Origin: Anaeramoeba ignava BMAN
Lineage: Eukaryota > Protista > Anaeramoebae
DNA length: 64,000 bases
Direction: 5' to 3'
NCBI GenBank assembly: GCA_028826165.1
Contig: JAPDFW010000120.1
Span: 105,208-169,207, forward strand
Made by a program: the position numbers and the translations under genes. The notes beneath the pieces were generated by a model. It had not been told where the DNA came from. It made no database searches and worked only from the letters and a program-made list of their open reading frames with translations. Below are positions 25,580-35,160 of the stretch, piece by piece (positions within the stretch are counted from its first letter, which is position 1; each line of letters opens with the position of its first letter).

Positions 25580-27160
25580 ATGAATTCTCGAAATTCCACA
25601 AGTCATCGTTCAACTAAAAAAAAAACTTCTGTGAAAAAAGCTCTACAAAGTATTTTAATTAAAGATTTATCGAATCTTTATTATTTACAAAACAGTTTCC
25701 AAGATTTTTCAATTTTTGTGAGAGATAAAAATCAAAATAAATACGAGTTTAAAGTTCATAAATGTGTTTTGAGTGCTAGAAGCGGTTTTTTCAGCTTATT
25801 TTTCAAAAAGGGAATATCAACCGAAATTGATTTACCAGATGTAGATAAAGAAACAATGGAATGGATTTTAAAATACATTTATTTGGGAGAAATTTTTTCA
25901 ACTCAAAAAAAAGACTTATCTTCTCTTTTAAAAATTTCAATTCAATTCCAACTTGATTTGGTGTCAAATTTTTTGGAACAACTAATTTTCGATTCTTTGA
26001 ACATTATGAATGTTTGCGATATTTTGGTGCAAAATGAAGTTTTCAAATCATCAAAGATTGAACAAGGATGTCTGAGTTTCATTGATTCAAATTTTTCAGA
26101 AATCAAGAAAAACGATAGCTATTTGAATTTGAAAGAAGAACAAATTTACAACTTGATTCAATTTAAAATCCAAAAACGAGAAATACTCGATATTGCTTAT
26201 CTTGACATGATCAATCAATGGATTAAGAATTACATGAAGAAAATCAAAAAAGATCATAAAAAGCAAAAATTTCAACTTGAAAAAACCACAAGGAGATTTT
26301 TTTCAGAAATTCATTTGGAGTTTATCGATCGGGAATTAGTCTCAAATTTGCCAAATTTCTCGTATTTGTCAAATTATTTCTCCAGAATCAAACAAGTTTC
26401 TTTGTATCAAGAAAAAATGGAAATGGAAAATATTCACAATAAAGAAACAAAATCATTGGAAAAAAAAATTCAGAGAAAAGATAACGAACTGGAAGAAGTA
26501 AAAAAAGAATTGAAAGATCTCCAGCAAAACAGCAATTTGAAAGAGAAACAAAAATATCAAGAAATCAAACAATTAAAAGAAAAAATTGAATCCCAAAAAA
26601 TATTAGAAGAAGTGTTTAAAACCTCAACAATTATCACAGATATCGAACAAGTTCAGAAATTTAGAGAATGGATAAATAAGGATGATTTTCTCAAAAATAT
26701 TAAACTAAGATTTTCAAAGAATAAAGATCAAACATCAGAAAATTTCCATAAAAAATGTGACGATAAAGGAAGTACTTTAGTTTTAATCAAAACAAAAGAA
26801 GGATATATTTTTGGTGGATTTACTGAAGTTGGATGGCAATCAGCGAAAAATGGAGATGATATTCAAGATCCAAAAGCTTTTCTTTTTAGTTTGAAAAATC
26901 CAAAAGGAATTTCACTTGAAAAATTCCCTGTTCAAAAAAGAAAGGCTAAGGAAGCCCTTGGTTATATGAATTTAGAATATGGTCCGGATTTTAATGATAT
27001 TATTGTTGATTCTGATAAACTTGAATCTGGTCAATCAAGTAGTTTTGGTTATCGCTATCATTTACCTCAAAATATAATAAAAAAATCAGAAGAAGCTATC
27101 AATTATTTTGCTGGTGGAAATGGTGGATTTTCTATTCAAGAGATTGAATGTTGGTTTTGA
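25580..27160 (+). CDS. BTB - BACK-like - coiled-coil - TLDc protein
   Basis: DFSIFV...VHKCVLSARSGFF (BTB). FHKKCDDKGSTLVLIKTKEGYIFGGFT...AFLFSL...YGPDF...FSIQEIECW (TLDc). Confidence 0.9.
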   Translation: MNSRNSTSHRSTKKKTSVKKALQSILIKDLSNLYYLQNSFQDFSIFVRDKNQNKYEFKVHKCVLSARSGFFSLFFKKGISTEIDLPDVDKETMEWILKYIYLGEIFSTQKKDLSSLLKISIQFQLDLVSNFLEQLIFDSLNIMNVCDILVQNEVFKSSKIEQGCLSFIDSNFSEIKKNDSYLNLKEEQIYNLIQFKIQKREILDIAYLDMINQWIKNYMKKIKKDHKKQKFQLEKTTRRFFSEIHLEFIDRELVSNLPNFSYLSNYFSRIKQVSLYQEKMEMENIHNKETKSLEKKIQRKDNELEEVKKELKDLQQNSNLKEKQKYQEIKQLKEKIESQKILEEVFKTSTIITDIEQVQKFREWINKDDFLKNIKLRFSKNKDQTSENFHKKCDDKGSTLVLIKTKEGYIFGGFTEVGWQSAKNGDDIQDPKAFLFSLKNPKGISLEKFPVQKRKAKEALGYMNLEYGPDFNDIIVDSDKLESGQSSSFGYRYHLPQNIIKKSEEAINYFAGGNGGFSIQEIECWF

Positions 27161-27639
27161 AATCAAAATTTCAATTAAAATTCAAATTAAAATTAAAATT
27201 AAAAATTAAAATTAAAATCAAAAATTAAATTTAAATTTAAAATTAAAATTAAAATTAAAATTAAAATTAAAAATCAAAATCAAAATCAAAATTAAAATTA
27301 AAATTAAAATTCAAAATTACAGTCCCTAATCTAAATTCTGAATTAAAATTAAAATCAAAAATTAAAATTAAAATTAAAATTAAAATTAAAATTACAGTCC
27401 CTAATCTAAATTCTGAATTAAATTTAAAATTAAAATCTAAATTCTGAATTAAAATCAAAATTAAAATTTAAATTCTGAATTTTTTTCTCATCAAATTTTT
27501 TTTTCATTTTTTTCATTTCAAAAAATTAAAGTAAGTTCTTTAAACAAAAGTGAGAAAAGTTGTTTTTTCCTTTTTTTTTTTTCTTTTTAAATTAAAATGA
27601 ATTATTTAATTTTCTTTAATTGAAAAAAAAAAAGTAAAA

Positions 27640-30302
27640 ATGAAAACAATTCTTTTGATATTCTTTTTATTCAATATTGTTTTGATTAATTCAATTCAAA
27701 CTCAAAAACATCAAGATATTATTCTTCTGAAGATGAACATTATGTTTGGAATTTAATTGATAATTTGACAGGAAGCGATAATGATTTTGGAAGATCAGTT
27801 TCAATTTATGAAGATATTTTAGTTATTGGAGATCCAGGTCCAGATCAAGCATTTGTTTACAGAAATAATGGAACAAATTTTGAACTTGAAGAAATTTTAA
27901 ATGCATCCATATCAGCAGGTTTTGGTTGGGATGTTTCAATTTATGAAGATGTTCTTGTTGTTGGAGATTTTGGTGCAGCTCAAGTATCCATTTACAGATT
28001 TAATCAAACAATTTGGAATCTCGAAGAAATTTTTACTGAGAGTTATGACTCAAATTTTGGACAAAGTGTTTCAGTTTATAAAAATGTTCTTGTTGTTGGT
28101 GCTCCTGGTGTCAATAAAGCATTTATTTACAGATATAATGGATCAATGTGGAATCTTGAAGCAAATTTTACTGGAAATTCAGGTTCATATTTTGGATGGG
28201 ATGTTTCACTTTATGAAAATGTTACAGTTATTCAAACTACTACTGGTGAAAATGAACTATGCATTTATAGATATAACGGTTCAATTTGGAATGTTGATCA
28301 AAATTTCACTGGAACTCCAGGTTCTAATTATGGACAAAGTGTTTATATTTATGAAGATGTCCTTGTTGTTGGCGCCCCGTATGTCAATAAAGTATTTGGT
28401 TACAGATATAATGGTTCAGTTTGGAATCTTGAACAGAATTTTACTGGAGATCCAACTTCAGAATTTGGATGGGATGTTTCACTTTATAAAAAAACCCTTG
28501 TTATTGGCGCTTATAAAGCAAATAAGGCTTTTATTTACAGATATAATGAATCAATGTGGAATCTTGAGCAAATTTTGAATGGAAATTCAGGTTCAAATTT
28601 TGGATGGAGTGTTTCAGTTTATGAAAATTTTACAGCTATTACTTCTCCTTACATTTATAAGGCTTATGCTTATGAATACACTTTTATTCCACAAGTAAAT
28701 CTTCATAATTGTTCATCTTTGTTTTCATCATTTGATTGTTATTGGGATCAAATTCAAATTCCAAATTTGAAATATCAAATCAATTTTGGATATGATTGGA
28801 TTGATATTGATTCTCCAATTCTTAAAGATGGGAATGTTCTTTATCAATTATTCAATTCTTCATTTAACTCTAATATTACTGGAAATGAATATTACACAAT
28901 CCAAATTCAAGCTTGTCATATTGAATCATTGAAATGTGGTGAATTTTCTTCGTTTGCTAATTTAACAACAAGAATTGATTCAGTAAAAGATTTCCAATTA
29001 TTAGATCCAAATTCTTATTCAGTTAATATTTCATGGAATTATCCAAATGTTGTTACTAATGAAGGTATTGCTCATCTTGATCATTATAACATTTCCTATT
29101 TCACTACATCTGTTCCTGGATCAATTTCATCAATTTCAATCGATAATTCATCAACTTCATATCTTTTAGATATTGAATGTGGAAATGATTATAATGTTTC
29201 AATTTGTGGATGTAGAACACCAGAATGTGAAGGAGAAGACCAAGGAGAAGTTGTTGAATCATCAATTTCAATTCCATTTGAAGATATTGAAGATTTAATA
29301 TGTTCAATTCAATATTCATTAGATATTAATTGTAGTTGGAATCAACCAATTAATTGTTCAATTCCATCTTATTATAACTTCACTTATCAAGCAATTTCAC
29401 AAAGTTATTCAGAGAATTTTAATCCAATTTCATCAAATCAATATTTCACAAATTATTTACAAAATCAAGAATATCAAGTCAATGTTTCAGCATGTAATTC
29501 AATGAATAAATGTGGAAATATTTCAACAACTTCAATTACAACTGGAAATTTAGCAACATCTCCAACAATCAATCAATTAAATCCAAAACCTGAAGAAATT
29601 GAATTAAATTTTACAAAAGTATCAAATGCTAATAATTATTCAATTTCAATTTCACTTAATAATGAAACAAATTGGCAAAATTTCACATCTCTTGATTTAA
29701 GTGGAATTGAAGGAATTGGAAGAATAAGTGGAATATCTGGAAATATTGAATATAATATTTCAATTCGAGGATGTTCAGATTTAAATTGTAAATCTGAATA
29801 TTTAGGAGAACCAAGTTCATTTGTATTAGAAACACCTAAATTAGGAAATATTACTTCATTAAATTGTTATGGAATAGTTAATGGATTTGTTTGTACTTGG
29901 GATCCATTAAATTTATCAGATGGATTAAAAGGATATCTATTTAGATATAATTCAATAATGATTTGTCTACCAAAAACAACAGAATATTATTCAGTTTCAG
30001 GAGTAAATGGAGAAGAAAATTACGAAATTTCAGTTTATTCATCAGCAACTTCAAATTGTGATTATAATGAATATTCAGGAATTAAAACAACAACAACAGT
30101 AACAACATTATCACCAACTCAAACAAGTGAAAGTACATCAAAAACACCAGTAATTGTTATGGGAGTTATTATTCCAATTCTTGTTATTGGAGGAGTGATT
30201 GGATTTATTGTTTTGATTAAGAAACAGAAAAAAAGTATTAAAAGGATTATTAAACAAAGAGAAAAAGAACTTGAAAAATCAGGAGGAATTGAAATGATTT
30301 GA
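27640..30302 (+). CDS. Type-I membrane receptor 1: signal peptide, 7 FG-GAP-like blades, FN3 domains, TM, short tail (1-nt homopolymer frameshift ~27705)
   Basis: The ATG at 27640 encodes the same signal peptide as the paralogues. Seven FGxxVS(I/V)YE..LVVGAP repeats, FN3 W/Y motifs, and TM VIVMGVIIPILVIGGVIGFIVLI. Confidence 0.85.
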
Positions 30303-30359
30303 TTTCTTTTTTTTTCATTTATTTTTTTTTTCATTTTTTTTCAATTCAAAAAATTAAAA

Positions 30360-30426
30360 ATGAATGATTTAAAAGATTTAAAAGATTTTTATTCAGGATA
30401 TTTATTACAAAAATCTATTTTTCATC
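30360..30426 (+). pseudogene. Duplicated 5' fragment of the PH-CLU gene (first ~22 codons)
   Basis: Identical to 37891-37957 (ATGAATGATTTAAAAG...TTTTCATC). Confidence 0.9.
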
Positions 30427-30805
30427 TCATAAATGAATATTTTTCGATTTTGTTTTTAATTTAAATTAATTAAGATCAGAAAGAAAAGAAAATTCACAAT
30501 TTAAATTCTCCTTTTTTTTTTTTCTCCATTTTTATTAATTTAAAAAAAAAAAAGATCAAAATGAAACAACAAAACAAAAATTTATTTTCTTTTTTTCATT
30601 TTTCTTTTCTTTAAATTCAAAGTAAGTTTAAAAATAAATAAATAAACATAAAAATAAACCAATTTAACTTATTTATTATTCATTTTCTTATTTTATTATT
30701 TTTATTTTGCTTCTTCAAAAAATAAAAAAAGCAAAAAAAAAAAAAGAAACAAATTCTTCTTTTAATAATTTCTTATTCTTTATTTATTAAAAAAAAATAG
30801 CAAAA

Positions 30806-33800
30806 ATGAAAACAATTCTTTTGATATTCTTTTTATTCAATTTTCTTATTTTGATTAATTCAATTCAAACTCAAAAAACATCAAGATATTATTCTTATGA
30901 AGATGAAGCTTACATTTGGAATTTAATTGATAATTTTACAGGAACCAATCAATTTGGATTTCCAGCTTCAATTTATGAAAATGTTCTTGTTGTTGGCACT
31001 TTTGGTTCAGATCAAGCATTCATTTACAGATATAATGGAACAAATTTTGAACTTGAACAAACTTTAAATGGAACTGAAGGTTCATATTTTGGAGCTAGTG
31101 TTTCAGTTTATGAAAATGTTCTTGTTGTTGGAGCTTATGGTTCAGATCAAGCATTCATTTACAGATATAATGGAACAATTTGGAATCTTGAAAAAACTTT
31201 AAATGGAACTGAAGGTTCATCAGATTGGATTCATGTTTCAGTTTATGAAAATGTTACAGTTGTTGGTTCTCTCAATAAAAATCAAGCATATATTTACAGA
31301 TATAATGGATCAATTTGGAATCTTGAACAAATTTTGAATGGAACTGAAGGTTCATATTTTGGAGAGCGTGTTTCAGTTTATGAAAATGTTATTGTTGTTG
31401 GAGCTTATGGTTCAGATCAAGCATTCATTTACAGATATAATGGAACAATTTGGAATCTTGAACAAACTTTGAATGGAACTGAAGGTTCATTCTTTGGTTT
31501 TAATGTTCCAGTTTATGAAAATGTTCTTGTTATTGGTGCTTATCATTCAAGTCAAGTATTCATTTACAGATATAATGAATCAAATTGGAATCTTGAACAA
31601 ACTTTGAATGGAACAACTTTTGGACAGCATGTTTCAGTTTATGAAAATGTTCTTGTTATTGGAGTTTTTGATTCAAGTAAAGCATTCATTTATAGATATA
31701 ATGGATCAATTTGGAATCTTGAAAAAACTTTGAATGGACCTACATTTTTTGGTTTTGGTGTTTCAGTTTATGAAAATTTTACAGCTATTGGTCGTCCAGC
31801 CAGTTCTGAAGTATATGTTTATCAATTCACTTTTATTCCACAAGTAAATCTTCATAATTGTTCATCTTTGTTTTCATCATTTGATTGTTATTGGGATCAA
31901 ATTCAAATTCCAAATTTGAAATATCAAATCAATTTTGGATATGATTGGATTGATATTGATTCTCCAATTCTTAAAGATGGGAATGTTCTTTATCAATTAT
32001 TCAATTCTTCATTTAACTCTAATATTACTGGAAATGAATATTACACAATCCAAATTCAAGTTTGTGATATTGAATCATTGAAATGTGGTGAAGTTTCTTC
32101 GTTTGCTAATTTAACAACAAAAATTGATTCAGTAAAAGATTTTCAATTAGTAGATTCAACTTTTTATTCAGTTAATGCTTCATGGAATTATCCAAATGTT
32201 GTTATTGATGGAAGTATTCCTCATCTTGATCATTATAATTTTTCTTATTTCAATACATCTGCTCCTGGATCAATTACATCAACTTCAATCGATAATTCAT
32301 CAACTTCATATCTTTTTGATATTGAATGTGGAAATGATTATAATGCTTCAATTTTTGGATGTAGAACACCAGAATGTGAAGCAGAAGATCAAGGAGAAGT
32401 TGTTGAATCATCAATTTCAATTCCATTTGGAAATGTTGAAAATTTAGGATGTTTAGTTTCAGTATCATTAAAGATATTTTGCTCTTGGACCAAACCAAGT
32501 AATTGTAAAGATCCATCTTATTATAACTTCACTTATCAAGCAATTTCAGGAAATGATTCAGAAAATTATCATCTAGGTTTAGGAAATAAAGAATTTATAG
32601 CGAAAATTCCTAATCAAGAATATCAAATCAATGTTTCAGCATGTAATTCAATGAATAAATGTGGAAATATTTCAACAACTTCAATTACAACTGGAAATTT
32701 AACAACATCTCCAACAATTAATCAAGCAATTTCCAAAATTGAAGAAATTGAATTAAATTTCACAAAAGTATCAAATGCTAATAATTATTCAATTTCAATT
32801 TCACTTAATAATGAAACAAATTGGCAAAATTTCACATCTCTTGATTTAAGTGGAAATGAAGTAATTGGAACAATAAGTGGAATATCTGGAAATATTGAAT
32901 ATAATATTTCAGTTTGTGGATGTGTTGATTTAAATTGTGAAATTTATTATTTAGGAGAACCAAGTCCATTTACATTAGTAACACCTAAATTAGGAAATAT
33001 TACTTCATTAAATTGTTCATCATTAATTTGTGGATTTGAATGTAATTGGGATTCATTAAATTTATCAGATGGATTAAAAGCATATCTATTTAGATATAAT
33101 TCAACAACAATTTGTTTATCAAATTTAACAACAAATTATTCAGTTTTAGGAGGATTAATTCCATTAGCAAATTATGAAATTTCAGTTTATTCATCAGCTG
33201 ATTCAAATTGTTCTTATAATGAATATTCAGGAATTGAAACAACAACTTCAGTTACAACAGATAATTTGCCATCTCCAACAATTAATCAAGCAATTTCCAA
33301 AATTGAAGAAATTGAATTAAATTTCACAAAAGTATCAAAAGCTCAAAATTATTCAATTTCAATTTCACTTGATAATGAAATAAATTGGCAAAATTTCACA
33401 TCTCTTGATTTAAGTGGAAGTGAAGGAATTGGAACAATAAATGGATTATCTGGAAATATTGAATATAATATTTCAATTCGAGGATGTTCAGATTTAAATT
33501 GTGAACCTGAATATTTAGGAGAACCAAGTCCATTTACATTAGTAACACCTAAATTAGGAAATATTACTTCATTAAATTGTTCATCATTAATTTGTGGATT
33601 TGAATGTAATTGGGATTCATTAAATTTATCAGATGGATTAAAAGCATATCTATTTAAATACAATTCAACAACAATTTGTTTATCAAATTTAACAGCAAAT
33701 TATTCAGTTTTAGGAGGATTAATTCCATTAGCAAATTATGAAATTTCAGTTTATTCATCAGCAACTTCAAATTGTTCTTATAATGAATATTCAGGAATTG

Positions 33801-34579
33801 AAACAACAACAACAGTTACAACAGATAATTTGCCATCTCCAACAATTAATCAATTAAATCCAAAACCTGAAGAAATTGAAATAATATTTACAAAAGTAGC
33901 CCAAGCTCAAAATTATTCAATTTCAATTTCACTTGGTAATGAAACAAATTGGCAAAATTTCACATCTCTTGATTTAAGTGGAAGTGAAGGAATTGGAACA
34001 ATAAATGGATTATCTGGAAATATTGAATATAATATTTCAATTCGAGGATGTTCAGATTTAAATTGTGAACCTGAATATTTAGGAGAACCAAGTTCAACCA
34101 ATTCAACAACACCTAAATTAGGAAATATTACTTCATTAAATTGTTATGGAATAATCAATGGATTTGTTTGTACTTGGGATTCATTAAATTTATCAGATGG
34201 ATTAAAAGCATATCTATTTAAATACAATATGATGATGATTTGTTTACCAAAAACAACAGAATATTATTCAGTTTCAGGAGTAAATGGAGAAGAAAATTAC
34301 GAAATTTCAGTTTATTCATCAGCAACTTCAAATTGTGATTATAATGAATATTCAGGAATTAAAACAACAACAATAGTTACAACATTATCACCAACTCAAA
34401 CAAGTGAAAGTACATCAAAAACGCCAGTAATTGTTATGGGAGTTATTATTCCAATTCTTGTTATTGCATCAATTATTATTATTGTTGTTTTGATTAAGAA
34501 ACAGAAAACAAGTATCAAAAGAATTATCAAAGAAAGAGAAAAAGAACTTGAAAAATCAGGAGGAATTGAAATGATTTGA
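30806..34579 (+). CDS. Type-I membrane receptor 2 (FG-GAP-like propeller + extended FN3 stalk, 1257 aa)
   Basis: Intact ORF with seven blades and three 564-bp internal FN3-pair units (starting 32708, 33272, 33836). Confidence 0.9.
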   Translation: MKTILLIFFLFNFLILINSIQTQKTSRYYSYEDEAYIWNLIDNFTGTNQFGFPASIYENVLVVGTFGSDQAFIYRYNGTNFELEQTLNGTEGSYFGASVSVYENVLVVGAYGSDQAFIYRYNGTIWNLEKTLNGTEGSSDWIHVSVYENVTVVGSLNKNQAYIYRYNGSIWNLEQILNGTEGSYFGERVSVYENVIVVGAYGSDQAFIYRYNGTIWNLEQTLNGTEGSFFGFNVPVYENVLVIGAYHSSQVFIYRYNESNWNLEQTLNGTTFGQHVSVYENVLVIGVFDSSKAFIYRYNGSIWNLEKTLNGPTFFGFGVSVYENFTAIGRPASSEVYVYQFTFIPQVNLHNCSSLFSSFDCYWDQIQIPNLKYQINFGYDWIDIDSPILKDGNVLYQLFNSSFNSNITGNEYYTIQIQVCDIESLKCGEVSSFANLTTKIDSVKDFQLVDSTFYSVNASWNYPNVVIDGSIPHLDHYNFSYFNTSAPGSITSTSIDNSSTSYLFDIECGNDYNASIFGCRTPECEAEDQGEVVESSISIPFGNVENLGCLVSVSLKIFCSWTKPSNCKDPSYYNFTYQAISGNDSENYHLGLGNKEFIAKIPNQEYQINVSACNSMNKCGNISTTSITTGNLTTSPTINQAISKIEEIELNFTKVSNANNYSISISLNNETNWQNFTSLDLSGNEVIGTISGISGNIEYNISVCGCVDLNCEIYYLGEPSPFTLVTPKLGNITSLNCSSLICGFECNWDSLNLSDGLKAYLFRYNSTTICLSNLTTNYSVLGGLIPLANYEISVYSSADSNCSYNEYSGIETTTSVTTDNLPSPTINQAISKIEEIELNFTKVSKAQNYSISISLDNEINWQNFTSLDLSGSEGIGTINGLSGNIEYNISIRGCSDLNCEPEYLGEPSPFTLVTPKLGNITSLNCSSLICGFECNWDSLNLSDGLKAYLFKYNSTTICLSNLTANYSVLGGLIPLANYEISVYSSATSNCSYNEYSGIETTTTVTTDNLPSPTINQLNPKPEEIEIIFTKVAQAQNYSISISLGNETNWQNFTSLDLSGSEGIGTINGLSGNIEYNISIRGCSDLNCEPEYLGEPSSTNSTTPKLGNITSLNCYGIINGFVCTWDSLNLSDGLKAYLFKYNMMMICLPKTTEYYSVSGVNGEENYEISVYSSATSNCDYNEYSGIKTTTIVTTLSPTQTSESTSKTPVIVMGVIIPILVIASIIIIVVLIKKQKTSIKRIIKEREKELEKSGGIEMI

Positions 34580-34647
34580 TTTCTTTTTTTTTTCATTCAT
34601 TTTTTTTTCATTTTTTTTTTCATTTTTTTCAATTCAAAAAATTAAAA

Positions 34648-34714
34648 ATGAATGATTTAAAAGATTTAAAAGATTTTTATTCAGGATATTTATTACAAAA
34701 ATCTATTTTTCATC
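34648..34714 (+). pseudogene. Second duplicated 5' fragment of the PH-CLU gene
   Basis: Same 67 nt and same breakpoint as 30360-30426. Confidence 0.9.
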
Positions 34715-35160
34715 TCATAAATGAATATTTTTCGATTTTGTTTTTAATTTAAATTAATTAAGATCAGAAAGAAAAGAAAATTCACAATTTAAATTCTCCT
34801 TTTTTTTTTTTCTCCATTTTTATTAATTTAAAAAAAAAAAGATCAAAATGAAACAACAAAACAAAAATTTATTTTCTTTTTTTCACTTTTCTTTTCTTTT
34901 CTTTAAATTCAAAGTAAGTTTAAAAATAAGTTTTAAAAAAGCAAAAATTTTATCTTTTTATCTTTTTATCTTTTTATCTTTTTAATAAATAAATAAATAA
35001 ACATAAAAATAAACCAATTTAACTTATTTATTATTCATTTTCTTATTTTATTATTTTTATTTTGCTTCTTCAAAAAATAAAAAAAGCAAAAAAAAAAAAA
35101 GAAACAAATTCTTCTTTTAATAATTTCTTATTCTTTATTTATTAAAAAAAAATAGCAAAA

